From Verrucomicrobia bacterium UBA1629 (lineage in GTDB: Bacteria; Verrucomicrobiota; Kiritimatiellia; RFP12; UBA1067): a DNA stretch of 60,092 nt. This document shows, one piece after another, positions 26,096 through 35,129 of the stretch. The notes beneath the pieces are model-generated. The model searched no databases, was not told where the DNA came from, and was given only the letters and a program-made list of their open reading frames with translations. Location of the stretch: the NCBI GenBank assembly GCA_002321305.1, contig DCMF01000013.1:1-60092 (forward strand). Direction: 5' to 3'. The position numbers were made by a program, and so were the translations under genes. Each line of letters begins with the position of its first letter. The first letter of the stretch is position 1.

Positions 26096-26868
26096 GCGCA
26101 AACGAACGCGCCCGTGAAGACCGTCTTCACCGGGCCGGTGAGCGTGACGTCCGCGAAGCCGCCGTCCGCCGTGCGCGTGCCGTCGACGGCGAGCGCGTAC
26201 CCCTCGGTCGTGCGGACGCGGACGGGGAACGACATCCCGTGCTGCGCGACGCCGACGACCGCCGCCGCGACCGCGCCCGTGCCGCACGCGCCGGACTCCG
26301 CCTCGACGCCGCGCTCGTAGGTGCGCATCGCCGCTTCGTGCGGCGGCGCGTAGGCGACGAAGTCGACGTTCGTCCCCGCCGGCGCGAAGGCGGACGAATA
26401 GCGGATTCGCCGGCCCTCGCCCGCGACGTCCGCCGCCGCGAGATCCGCGACCGGCACGACCTTGTGCGGCACGCCGCTGTTGACGAAACCGTCGCGCAAG
26501 TCCCTCGGCGTCGGCATCCAGACCTTCACGGTCGCTTCGTCCACGACTTCCGCCCGCACCTCTCCCGCGAGCGTCTCGAAGCGCATCTGCGGCCCCGCCA
26601 CGGCGCCGATCGCACACGCGAACGCCGCGACGCACCGCGCACCGTTGCCGCACAGCTCGGCCTCGCCGCCGTCCGGGTTGAAGAACCGCATCTTGAAGTC
26701 GGCGACCGCCGACGGCTGCACGAGGATGACGCCCTCGCACCCGATGCCCGTCCGCCGCGCCGCGAGCGCCGCGAGCGTCGCCCGGTCCGTCGGCATCGTC
26801 TCCGCGCGGTCGTCGATCAGGATGAAGTCGTTGCCCGCGCCGTGCATCTTCGTGAAGCGCACCGTCAT
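26092..26868 (-). CDS. dapF: diaminopimelate epimerase
   Basis: Internal ATG (cat at 26866..26868). HGAGNDFILID, CGNGARC and SGACGTGA catalytic Cys motifs. Confidence 0.92.
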   Translation of the reverse strand: MTVRFTKMHGAGNDFILIDDRAETMPTDRATLAALAARRTGIGCEGVILVQPSAVADFKMRFFNPDGGEAELCGNGARCVAAFACAIGAVAGPQMRFETLAGEVRAEVVDEATVKVWMPTPRDLRDGFVNSGVPHKVVPVADLAAADVAGEGRRIRYSSAFAPAGTNVDFVAYAPPHEAAMRTYERGVEAESGACGTGAVAAAVVGVAQHGMSFPVRVRTTEGYALAVDGTRTADGGFADVTLTGPVKTVFTGAFVCA

Positions 26869-26870
26869 CG

Positions 26871-29078
26871 TCACCACCAGCCCTTCGGTTCGGGGACTTC
26901 GGCGCTGCCGTTGAGGCGGATGAGATCCATCAGCACGCGGAACGACTCGTCCAGCACGACGTCGTTCTTCGCCCGCTCGTTGCGGCGGCGACGGCGCTTC
27001 TTCGCCGCCGTCTCGTCGTCGTCGTTCTCGTCCTCCTCGTCGTCCAGCTCGCGCAGTTCGCGGTCGGCCGCCATCTGGGCCTTGCGCGCGGCGTATTCGA
27101 GCGAGACGGTCTCGCGCTCGGAGATCTCCTTCATGCCCGTCACGTTCGCGATGTGCTTCGCGAACTTCTCGTCCTTCGCCGTCCGCTCGCGCGAGAGCTC
27201 GGCGAGCGCGGCGACGTAGCGGTGCTGGTCCCACGCGAGCGCGTAGTCCGCCGGACGGATCCGGCTGAACGGCAGGGCGTACGTCAGCTTGTCCTCGCCG
27301 ATGTCGAGCGAGTCGAGAAGCGAGGGCAGGTGGACGTCCGCCGCGACGCCCTCGACCTGCGTGGAGCGCCCGTCGATGCGGTAGAAGCGCGCCGTCGTGA
27401 TCTTGCACGAGCCGTACTTCTCCGGGCCGAGGCCCAGCACCGTCTGCACCGTGCCCTTGCCGTGCGTGCGGACGTCGCCGAGGACGACCGCGCGCCCCGT
27501 GTCCTGCAGGTGGCCCGCGACGATCTCCGAGGCGGACGCGCTCGCGCGGTCGGTCAGGACGACCATCGGCCGCTTGAAGGCGATCGGATTCCCCGGCGGA
27601 ATCGGCAGGCAGCCGACGGAGCGGACGTCGCGGATCTGGACGACCGGGCCGGACGGCACGAACAGCGCCGAGAGCATCACGGCCTCGCGCAGGGAGCCGC
27701 CGCCGTTGCCGCGCAGGTCGAGGACGAGCCCCTCGACGCCGAGCGCGTTGAAGTCGCAGAGGTAGCGCGCGATGTCCATCGCGCAGCTGCGGAAGCCGTC
27801 GTCGTTCGGACGCTTGTCCATCGTGCCGTAGAAGCCCGGCAGGTAGACGTAGCCGAGCTTGCGCTCGACGCCGTCCAGGGTGACGCGCTCGACGCGGCCC
27901 GTCGCCGCCTGGTCCTCCAGCTTGATCTCGTCGCGCACGAGCTCGATGAGCTTCTTCGTCGCGCCGGACGTGTCGGAGCGCGGCACGATCTGCAGCGTCA
28001 CGCGCGTGCCCTTCTTGCCGCGGATCTTCTTGATGGACTTCTTCATCGGCTGCCACATGACGTCTTCCATCTCGCCCTTGTCCTGCTGGACGCCGACGAT
28101 CCGGTCGCCTTCCTTGATGCGGCCGTCGACGTCGATCGGGCCGCCCGGCATGACCTCGACGATCTTGAGCGCGCCCTCGTCCATCGACAGCACCGCGCCG
28201 ACGCCGCAGAGCGTGAGGTTCATCTCCATGTCGAAGTCCTCCTTCGACGCGGGCGACATGTAGTCGGTGTGCGGATCGTACGCGCGGCCGAGCGCGCTCA
28301 GGTAGCTCTGGAGGACCGTCTCCTCGTCCGGCTCCGTCAGCACCGTCACGTACTGGCGGTACTTCTTGATCAGATCCGACGCCGCGTCGAGCCTGTTCGT
28401 GGACTTATCGAGGTCGTGGCTGACCTGCGCAACCAGCAGCTCGTTCTTCATCCGCTTGCGCCAGTGCTCCTCGGCCTCCTCGCGCGTCTCCGGCCACGGC
28501 GCGTCCTTGCGCCTGATGCGGTACGTCTCGTTCGTCGAGAAGTCCCACGTGCCGTGCGCGAGGAGGTTCGTCGCGAAATCGACGCGCTCGCGCAGACGCG
28601 CGACGTAGAGGTTGTAGAGGTCGTAGCCGAACGAGACGTCGCCGCGCCCGATCTCGTCGTCCAGCGTCGTCTCGTGCGCGGCGAGGCGGTCGAGGTCGGA
28701 CTTCAGGAAAACGGAATGGTCGAAGTCGTAGAACGTGACGAGGTTCGTCCAGGCGCGGCGCGAGATCTCGTCGTTCAGCGGCTGCTGCAGGACATGGTAC
28801 TTCGGCAGCATGCTCCCGAACCGCTGGGCGATGCGCCCGTAGTAGTTGCGCGGCTCGACGGCCTTCGCGGCCCCGCTGCCGAAAGCCCCAGCCGCGCCCC
28901 CGTTATCGAAAGCCCCCACCGCGCCCCCGTTATCGAAAGCCCCAGCCGCGCCCCCGTTACCGAAAGCCCCCACCGCGCCCCCGTTATCGAAAGCCCCAGC
29001 CGAATTCTCTTTATCGAAGGGGGCGGCTTCAGCCGCCCCAACGGCCAGGGCCAACCCCAGCCACAAGACGCTCTTCAT
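26871..29078 (-). CDS. prc: tail-specific (C-terminal processing, S41) protease
   Basis: Internal ATG (cat at 29076..29078). Signal peptide MKSVLWLGLALAVGAAEA, PDZ-like region, LDLRGNGGGSL, and [11 protein letters not shown]. 735 aa. Confidence 0.85.
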   Translation of the reverse strand: MKSVLWLGLALAVGAAEAAPFDKENSAGAFDNGGAVGAFGNGGAAGAFDNGGAVGAFDNGGAAGAFGSGAAKAVEPRNYYGRIAQRFGSMLPKYHVLQQPLNDEISRRAWTNLVTFYDFDHSVFLKSDLDRLAAHETTLDDEIGRGDVSFGYDLYNLYVARLRERVDFATNLLAHGTWDFSTNETYRIRRKDAPWPETREEAEEHWRKRMKNELLVAQVSHDLDKSTNRLDAASDLIKKYRQYVTVLTEPDEETVLQSYLSALGRAYDPHTDYMSPASKEDFDMEMNLTLCGVGAVLSMDEGALKIVEVMPGGPIDVDGRIKEGDRIVGVQQDKGEMEDVMWQPMKKSIKKIRGKKGTRVTLQIVPRSDTSGATKKLIELVRDEIKLEDQAATGRVERVTLDGVERKLGYVYLPGFYGTMDKRPNDDGFRSCAMDIARYLCDFNALGVEGLVLDLRGNGGGSLREAVMLSALFVPSGPVVQIRDVRSVGCLPIPPGNPIAFKRPMVVLTDRASASASEIVAGHLQDTGRAVVLGDVRTHGKGTVQTVLGLGPEKYGSCKITTARFYRIDGRSTQVEGVAADVHLPSLLDSLDIGEDKLTYALPFSRIRPADYALAWDQHRYVAALAELSRERTAKDEKFAKHIANVTGMKEISERETVSLEYAARKAQMAADRELRELDDEEDENDDDETAAKKRRRRRNERAKNDVVLDESFRVLMDLIRLNGSAEVPEPKGWW
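28880..29003 (-). repeat. 27-bp tandem repeat (~4.5 copies) coding a Gly/Ala-rich linker in prc
   Basis: cgaaagcccc(a/c)(g/a)ccgcgcccccgtta(t/c) units encode GAFDNGGAV/GAFGNGGAA repeats immediately after the signal peptide. Confidence 0.9.
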
Positions 29079-29749
29079 GCGTGAATCTCCATGAGACCGA
29101 CGAGCCGGTCCAGTTCCGTCTGCGGAATGACGACGCGATCCGACGCGAAGCCGGCCTTGAGCTCGTTCGAGTTGATGACAATGACGCCGCGCACGTCCGC
29201 GCGATGCGCCGCAAACGAATCCGACGCGAAGACGAGCACGGGCGTGACGACGCCCTCCCAGCCCTTCGCCGCGAGCGTGCCGCGCACGAGCGTCGCCTCC
29301 TTGGCCGTCTGCGCGAGCGGGTCGCGGTCCGGCAGCTGGCCGTTCAGGAGAATGCGCCCGTCCTCGACCGTGACGGTGCCACGCCACATCTTCGTCTCGA
29401 TCGAGAAGACGCCGCCCGGCCCGACGACGACATGGTCGACGTGGGCGCGCCCGGCCGCGAAATCGTTGAAGACGTGGTAGGCGTCCGGCAGGCTCGCGAG
29501 GATGCCCGCGACCTTCTCCTCGCCGCGCGCGCCCTTGAAGAACCGCTCGACGTGGCGCAGCCCGCGCACGAGGCTGTAGATCACCCAGACGAGCGCGGCG
29601 ACCAGCACCGTCGCCGCGACGAGCGGCGAGACGAGAAAGAGAGCGAGCGCGAATCCCGACGCGAAAACGCCGAGAAACAGCGGCCAGAGCCCCGCGACCA
29701 TGCCCTTGACGCGCGCCCATTCGCCTGCGATGCCATGAATCTTCGCCAT
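29075..29749 (-). CDS. NERD domain membrane protein
   Basis: Internal ATG (cat at 29747..29749). Two N-terminal TM segments, then GEEKVAGIL..., HVFND, VDHVVVGPGGVFSIETK, typical of NERD. Confidence 0.7.
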   Translation of the reverse strand: MAKIHGIAGEWARVKGMVAGLWPLFLGVFASGFALALFLVSPLVAATVLVAALVWVIYSLVRGLRHVERFFKGARGEEKVAGILASLPDAYHVFNDFAAGRAHVDHVVVGPGGVFSIETKMWRGTVTVEDGRILLNGQLPDRDPLAQTAKEATLVRGTLAAKGWEGVVTPVLVFASDSFAAHRADVRGVIVINSNELKAGFASDRVVIPQTELDRLVGLMEIHA

Positions 29750-30825
29750 CAGTAGCCGCAGTCCATGATCGTCCGCTCGAAGCCGAACGTCGCGGCGATG
29801 AGCGCCGCGCGGATCCACATGCCGTTGCGCATCTGCCGCCAGTACATCGCGCGCGGGTCGCGGTCGCAGCACGTCGCGATCTCGTCGCGGCGCGGCAGGG
29901 GATGGAGGATCGCGCCCGTCGGCTTCAGCAGCTTCAGCGCCTCCGCGCCGAACTTGAAGCGCGAGGTGTCGATGCGCGCGGACGCGCCCTTCGACGAGTC
30001 CCACTCGTCCTGGATGCGCGTCATGTAGACCGCGTCGGAGATCTTCACCGCGTCGCGCAGGCTGTCGCAGACCTCGAAGGAGATGCCCTTCTTCGCGAGG
30101 ATCATCACGACGTCCGCCGGCACCTGAAGCTCCTGCGGCGCGACGAAGACCTGCCTCACGTCCCGGAAGTTCGTGAGGAGATAGGAGAGCGAGCGCACCG
30201 TGCGCCCGCGCATGAGGTCGCCGCAGAACGTCACGGTCTTGCCGTCGATGCCGCCCGACTTCTCGAACGAGCGCATCAGCGTGTAGATGTCGAGGAGCGC
30301 CTGCGTCGGGTGCTGATCCTTGCCCGAGCCGGCGTTCAGGATCGGGATCGGACGATCCGAGTTCGAGAGCTCCCACGCCATCTTCTCCGCAAGGCCCTGT
30401 TCGGGGCTGCGCATGATGATCATGTCGAAGTACGACGAGAAGGTGCGGATCGAGTCCTCCTTCGACTCGCCCTTGAACTCGGACGACGTCGCCGCGTCGC
30501 GCACGCTGCCCGTCGTGATGCCGAGCAGCTGGCAGGCGGCGAGGTGCGAGAGGAACGTGCGCGAGCTCGGCTGCGAGAAGTAGAGCATCGCGCGCTTGTG
30601 CGCGAGGACGTTCTTCAGGTAGAGCGCGCCCTCCTTCGACTTGTTGATGAAGCGGATGCGGTTCGCGAGCGCGCAGAGCCGTTCGAGGAGCGCGCGGTCG
30701 AACTGCTGCGCGAAGAGCGTGTGATACGGCAGACCGTCGCCCTCCTCGCGCGCGAGGTACGGGCGCTTGGCGTCCAGCGAAAGGTTCGCGTAGTCTTCCC
30801 AGCTGATGTCCGTAAGCTTGTTCAT
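29749..30825 (-). CDS. pyrB: aspartate carbamoyltransferase catalytic subunit
   Basis: Internal ATG (cat at 30823..30825). SSRT(F), HPTQALLD and HPLPR motifs. Confidence 0.85.
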   Translation of the reverse strand: MNKLTDISWEDYANLSLDAKRPYLAREEGDGLPYHTLFAQQFDRALLERLCALANRIRFINKSKEGALYLKNVLAHKRAMLYFSQPSSRTFLSHLAACQLLGITTGSVRDAATSSEFKGESKEDSIRTFSSYFDMIIMRSPEQGLAEKMAWELSNSDRPIPILNAGSGKDQHPTQALLDIYTLMRSFEKSGGIDGKTVTFCGDLMRGRTVRSLSYLLTNFRDVRQVFVAPQELQVPADVVMILAKKGISFEVCDSLRDAVKISDAVYMTRIQDEWDSSKGASARIDTSRFKFGAEALKLLKPTGAILHPLPRRDEIATCCDRDPRAMYWRQMRNGMWIRAALIAATFGFERTIMDCGY

Positions 30826-30835
30826 AAGTCCGTCT

Positions 30836-30844
30836 ATTATAGCA
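30836..30844 (-). promoter_or_regulatory. extended -10 promoter (TGcTATAAT on minus strand), leaderless spacing
   Basis: The reverse complement of attatagca is tgctataat. It lies 10 nt from the pyrB ATG. Confidence 0.6.
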
Positions 30845-30866
30845 TATCTCGCCGCCGCCGCGCCGA

Positions 30867-32630
30867 TCACTCGACGTAGGAAAGTTTCGTGCCGCCGGTC
30901 TCGGCCCGCCTGTAGGACTTCGTGCGGGGGTCGTAGTAGGGCACGGACACCTTCGGCGTCGCCGCCGCGCCGTCCGCCACGAAGAACCGCCGGTACTCGA
31001 TCTCCGTCACGCGCCCCTCGCGGTCCGTCTGGCGCGTCCACTCGAACGCGGCGTCCGGCAGCAGGAAGTCGTCCGGCACGTAGCCCTTCGGGTAGAGGCG
31101 GTAGGAAATCGTCACGACGTCGTTCGTCTCGACCTTCAGGATGTCGCACGTCTCGTGCAGGCGCAGCCCTTCCGAGACGATGCCCGCGAAGTCGGTCGGC
31201 TGGCCGGCTGCCGCGAGCGGCTTCACGTCCAGCGCGAGCGGCGGCGTCTCGCAGTCGAACGAGTTGGAGAAGGTGAGGCTGAAGGCGCCGCCGCGCCGCG
31301 TCTCGCGCCCCGAGACCATGCCCTGGATCGTGAACGCGAGCGTCCCCCGGAACGGCACGTCGTAGCGGACGGGCACGGAGAGTCGCTTGATCACGTTCGT
31401 CGGGTTCTTCGCCGGAAGATCCGTCAGGTTCTCGGCGCGGCCCGTGACCGTGAGGCCGAACCGCTCCGAGGGCGTCATCGAGACCTGTCCGATGGAGACG
31501 TTCTTCGGCGCCTCCAGCGAGACGATGAAGGCGAACGGCTCGCCGACACGCAGTTCCGGCTTGTCCGTCGCGAGCGTCGCGGCGATCTTCACCGGCTCGC
31601 GTTCCTCGGCCCCGCCGAAGCCGCTGCCGAAGGAGAGGCTCATCGACTGGCGCATCGACTGCTGCATGCGGCGCACCTGCTCCTCCATCTGCTGGAAGAT
31701 GTCCGCCCGCGCGGGGCGCGCGCCGAACAGGACGGCGGCGACCGCGAGGCAGGCGAGCGCGCGGATGCCGCGGCCGAGCGCCCAGAAGAGGGCGACGAGC
31801 GCGAGCAGCCCGCCGAGGACGATCCCGACGCGGCCGCGCCAGTCGTGGCGCAGCAGCGGACGCAGCACCTGCCGCGCCACCGGCAGTTCGGCGGACGGGC
31901 TGTCGAAGCGCAGGGCGCGCGCGGCGACAAGGCCCTGCTCGATCGCGGGGGTCTGGCCCGTCAGCCACTCGAGCCGCGCGTAGATCTTCTGCGCGCGCGC
32001 CCAGTTGCCTTCGCGGATCGCGCACGTCGCCTCGTTCAGCCGCGCCGCCGGGAAGCCGAACGCCGCAAAGGCGTCCGCCGTCGGGTGCGCGCACGCCTTC
32101 TTCCACGCGAAGCGCGCGTCGTCCGAAAGCGGCACGCCCGGCTCCGTCACGAGTGCGGGCGGCGCGGGCAGCCTGTCCGCATCCTCGCCCATTTCCGCGA
32201 CGACGATATCCGCCCCCGGTTTCGCGTGGACGGGAATCGCGTTCGCCCGCACGGTGCGCGGCGCGCCGTCCGCCGACCGGTAGGCGAAGGCGAGCGCAGG
32301 GAACCAGAGCAGCCCCGCACGGCGCGGGCGGACGCGGTACGTGAGCCGCCGCGCGTCAGAGAACGTGTCCGTCTTCGCCGAGGCGTCGTCCACCTTCCAG
32401 TCCGCGCGGTCCACGGCCTTCGCGAGCGCGGGCGGATGCAGCGCATGGAAGTCGGCGTCGCCGATGAAGTCGATCGTGAGGATCAGCGGATCGCCGACCT
32501 TCACGTTGTTCGCGTCGAAGAACGCCCGCGCCCGCAGGGCGCTGCCCTGCACGCCGAGAAGCTCGAGGACGCCCAGAAGAAGAATGCCACAAGTCATCGT
32601 CATGTCTCCGCAGTCCGCGCCGGACTGCAT
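30867..32630 (-). CDS. BatD-like (oxygen-tolerance family) secreted/membrane protein
   Basis: Signal-like ILLLGVLELLG, a BatD-like N-terminal domain (KVGDPLILTIDFIG), a central TM segment and a C-terminal beta-rich domain. The start is either 32630 (8 nt from the promoter) or 32603. Confidence 0.55.
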   Translation of the reverse strand: MQSGADCGDMTMTCGILLLGVLELLGVQGSALRARAFFDANNVKVGDPLILTIDFIGDADFHALHPPALAKAVDRADWKVDDASAKTDTFSDARRLTYRVRPRRAGLLWFPALAFAYRSADGAPRTVRANAIPVHAKPGADIVVAEMGEDADRLPAPPALVTEPGVPLSDDARFAWKKACAHPTADAFAAFGFPAARLNEATCAIREGNWARAQKIYARLEWLTGQTPAIEQGLVAARALRFDSPSAELPVARQVLRPLLRHDWRGRVGIVLGGLLALVALFWALGRGIRALACLAVAAVLFGARPARADIFQQMEEQVRRMQQSMRQSMSLSFGSGFGGAEEREPVKIAATLATDKPELRVGEPFAFIVSLEAPKNVSIGQVSMTPSERFGLTVTGRAENLTDLPAKNPTNVIKRLSVPVRYDVPFRGTLAFTIQGMVSGRETRRGGAFSLTFSNSFDCETPPLALDVKPLAAAGQPTDFAGIVSEGLRLHETCDILKVETNDVVTISYRLYPKGYVPDDFLLPDAAFEWTRQTDREGRVTEIEYRRFFVADGAAATPKVSVPYYDPRTKSYRRAETGGTKLSYVE

Positions 32631-32638
32631 AGGCGGTT

Positions 32639-32647
32639 ATTATAGCA
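32639..32647 (-). promoter_or_regulatory. extended -10 promoter (TGcTATAAT on minus strand), leaderless spacing
   Basis: The reverse complement of attatagca is tgctataat. It lies 8 nt from ATG 32630 and overlaps the last hipA codons. Confidence 0.55.
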
Positions 32648-33788
32648 AATTGCGCATGTCGGCGACGGCCGACGCGACTTGATCGACGAGCGCATGCGCA
32701 GATGCCCTGTCCAGTGCGACCTGATCTGCCAGCCGCAGCAAATCCGCCCGCACCGGATTGGCCCCTTCGCCGGCGACCGAGAGCGTCTGCCAGCCATTGG
32801 GCCCTTCCGAACGGGTGAAGTCGTAGAACGGCGCCAACGTCCAGCGGCCTGACGCATCCATCAGGTAAGCGAAGTTCTTGAGATGGTCGTCGCGGTTGTG
32901 CGCCAAGACGTTCAGGGCCGCGCGCCTGAACAGTTCCTTCTTGGCCGCATCGTCGCGCGTCAAGGCGTCCGTCAGCCGAAAGAGGATCCGGTACTCGTCG
33001 CCCGGAATGCGGAAGTCGGCGTGGAGGAGGCCGGCTGCGGACGCCATGTGAAGCCGCCGATTGCCGAGGCGGTCAAAGCGACGTGTCGCGAAGAAACGAC
33101 CGGCGGGCGTCTCGATCAGACGCGACGGGGCCATGTCCGCCCCCGCGCGCCGCGCCAGCTCGTAGTAGCGAAACTCGTTCAGCCCCGCCCTGTCGCCTTC
33201 GGCGCGCGTATTGAACTTCACCATCCAATGCTCGAAGCCGTCCGGCAGCTGTTCGCGTTCCGCGCAGACCTCCCCCGTCGTCGGATTGAAGCCGACGAAC
33301 GCCTTGGGGCGCGCACCACCCGAACTGCCGCCCAGGCGGCGCAACGCCGGCAGCACGTCCTCCGCACGTCCGGCGTCAAAATCCATCGCCGCGTTTGCGA
33401 GGGCTGCCAGATCGAAAGGATGCTCGGCGATCGGCTCCTCGTCCTCCGGCTCATAGACAAGCGCGCCACGCCCACCCGAACCGACGCAGGCCAGACGTTC
33501 AAGCGCCGTCGGAAGGCGCCCAACCCGCTTCCGAAACCGTGCGTCAACAAGCCGCCGGCCCCAACCGTCCGGCAGGGAGTCCTCGAACAGGCCGAACGTC
33601 TCCATCCCGCCCTGACGGTCATAGGCGGACACACCGGCCCTGACCGGCAGACGAAACGGCGCAGGGGACAGGCCCCTGCCGATGAACGTGGTCGCATACT
33701 CAAAAGCCGTGTCTCGCCCCCAGTCGGACAACGTACCGACGCGCACCACCGTTTCAGACGAGAACCGCAGACTGACGTTCAGGCGCAC
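32640..33788 (-). CDS. hipA: HipA-family Ser/Thr kinase toxin
   Basis: N-terminal coupling domain (VGTLS...), GGARPKA, and HLKNFAYL...LAPFYDF catalytic region. Confidence 0.85.
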   Translation of the reverse strand: MRLNVSLRFSSETVVRVGTLSDWGRDTAFEYATTFIGRGLSPAPFRLPVRAGVSAYDRQGGMETFGLFEDSLPDGWGRRLVDARFRKRVGRLPTALERLACVGSGGRGALVYEPEDEEPIAEHPFDLAALANAAMDFDAGRAEDVLPALRRLGGSSGGARPKAFVGFNPTTGEVCAEREQLPDGFEHWMVKFNTRAEGDRAGLNEFRYYELARRAGADMAPSRLIETPAGRFFATRRFDRLGNRRLHMASAAGLLHADFRIPGDEYRILFRLTDALTRDDAAKKELFRRAALNVLAHNRDDHLKNFAYLMDASGRWTLAPFYDFTRSEGPNGWQTLSVAGEGANPVRADLLRLADQVALDRASAHALVDQVASAVADMRNLL

Positions 33789-34120
33789 GTCGCCTCCTTT
33801 CGGTGACGGACGCGAAGGACTTTTCGCGGTCGTTCGTCCGCCGCCGACAACGACTTCGGAAATGCCGCCAACCGCAACCGATCCTTCACATAGGCCTCCC
33901 AGACATCAATCTGGTCCAGCGCAAACAGAATCTTGAACAGGACCAGCGTCGAGGCGAGTCCCGTGCGCTCCAAGCGGGAGATGGTCGTGGCCGGGACACC
34001 GGCCTTGCGCGCCAACTCACCCTGCGTCAGCCCATCGCGCTGCCGTAGCCGCCGCACATAGTCGGCCACTTCAGCCAAGACAGTTCGCGGCTCAATCAAT
34101 CTCAATTCGTAGCCATCCAT
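33779..34120 (-). CDS. hipB: XRE-family HTH antitoxin (HipB-like)
   Basis: LTQGELARKAGVPATTISRLE helix-turn-helix. Overlaps the hipA start by 10 nt. Confidence 0.8.
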   Translation of the reverse strand: MDGYELRLIEPRTVLAEVADYVRRLRQRDGLTQGELARKAGVPATTISRLERTGLASTLVLFKILFALDQIDVWEAYVKDRLRLAAFPKSLSAADERPRKVLRVRHRKEATCA

Positions 34121-34129
34121 CAGGCGGGT

Positions 34130-34138
34130 AGTTTACCA
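34130..34138 (-). promoter_or_regulatory. extended -10-like promoter (TGgTAAACT on minus strand), leaderless spacing
   Basis: The reverse complement of agtttacca is tggtaaact. It lies 9 nt from the hipB ATG. Confidence 0.45.
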
Positions 34139-34145
34139 CATTATT

Positions 34146-34194
34146 TTGCCGTTAGCAACCATCAAGCCCATTAACGGCAACCAAGTGCCGCTAA
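34146..34194. promoter_or_regulatory. three copies of a TTGCCGTTA half-site forming palindromes, candidate HipB operator
   Basis: ttgccgtta (34146..34154), ttaacggcaa (34171..34180) and tgccgctaa (34186..34194). The last two form ttaacggcaa-N5-tgccgctaa. Confidence 0.5.
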
Positions 34195-34205
34195 TGGGCT
34201 TTGAA

Positions 34206-35126
34206 TTACCGTCCCTTCACGTTGTAGCGGATTGTCAGCGGCTCCTTGCGGAACTCGGCGATGAACTCGGCGCTCAGGCCGGAGATGCTCGTCACGGCCC
34301 GCGCGACCGAGAGCGCCGCCTGGTCGGAGAGCGCGTCGCCGCACCCCTGCGCGAGCCGCACGTTGACGAGCCCGCCCGCCGAGCTGAGCTGGACGGACAG
34401 CAGCACCGTGCCGTTGTTTCCGACCTTCGGCGAAAGCGCGTCCCACTTGTCCTCGATCGCCATCTGGATGAGCGAGACGCATCGCTGCTTCTCGTTCGCC
34501 GCCAGCCGGGTCTCCGTGCCGGGACGGTACCCCTGCCGCAGAAGCTTCTCGATCTCCGCACGGGACAGCGTCTGCCGCGCCGTCCGCCCGTTGCCGCTCG
34601 CCTTCGCGTTCTTCACCTCGATCGTGACCGGCTTGTTGACGGCCTTCATGCGGTCGCGGATGCGCTTCATCCGCTCCTCGCGCAGCTCCTTCGCCGTCTT
34701 CTTCGGCGGCTCCGGTTTCTTGGGCTTCTTGGGCTCCGGCTTCTTCTTTTCGGGATCCTTCTTCGGCTCGTCCTTTTTCCTCTCGACGCGCTTCACGACG
34801 TTCGTGACGATCTGCTCCAGCGGCTTCGGCGGCTCCGGCTTCTTGTCCGCCGGCTTCGGACGCGGCTGGGGCTTCGGCTTCGGGGGTTCCGGCGGCGGCG
34901 GATTCACGAGGGGCGGCGGCTCGTTCTCCACGCCGTCGAGGTTCTCGTTGACGACGACCGTGAGGTCGATCGGGATGATCGTCTCCTTCTTCTCGTCGCT
35001 GACGAGAGCGAAGAGGCCGAAGACGAGGAACACGGCGAGGTGCAGGGCGAGCGCGAAGACGACCGTGCCGACCGACAGGACGCCCGGTCGCTTGCCCTCG
35101 ATCACCTCTGTCCGCCAAAGCTCCAC
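34206..35126 (-). CDS. tonB: TonB-family energy transducer
   Basis: N-terminal TM anchor, a Pro/Lys/Glu-rich spacer (PPPPEPPKPKPQPRPKP), and a TonB-C-like end (GTVLLSVQLSSAGGLVNVRL...LSDQAALSVARAV). Confidence 0.75.
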   Translation of the reverse strand: MELWRTEVIEGKRPGVLSVGTVVFALALHLAVFLVFGLFALVSDEKKETIIPIDLTVVVNENLDGVENEPPPLVNPPPPEPPKPKPQPRPKPADKKPEPPKPLEQIVTNVVKRVERKKDEPKKDPEKKKPEPKKPKKPEPPKKTAKELREERMKRIRDRMKAVNKPVTIEVKNAKASGNGRTARQTLSRAEIEKLLRQGYRPGTETRLAANEKQRCVSLIQMAIEDKWDALSPKVGNNGTVLLSVQLSSAGGLVNVRLAQGCGDALSDQAALSVARAVTSISGLSAEFIAEFRKEPLTIRYNVKGR

Positions 35127-35129
35127 GCT

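Noticed and set aside
25325-32106. Long N-terminal extensions of the minus-strand ORFs (471, 654, 949, 433 and 785 aa) as real proteins
   Set aside because: In each case the conserved protein (RsmE, DapF, Prc, NERD, PyrB) begins at an internal ATG that abuts or overlaps the stop of the upstream gene. The extensions are Arg/Gly/Ala-rich read-through of the neighbouring gene in another frame.
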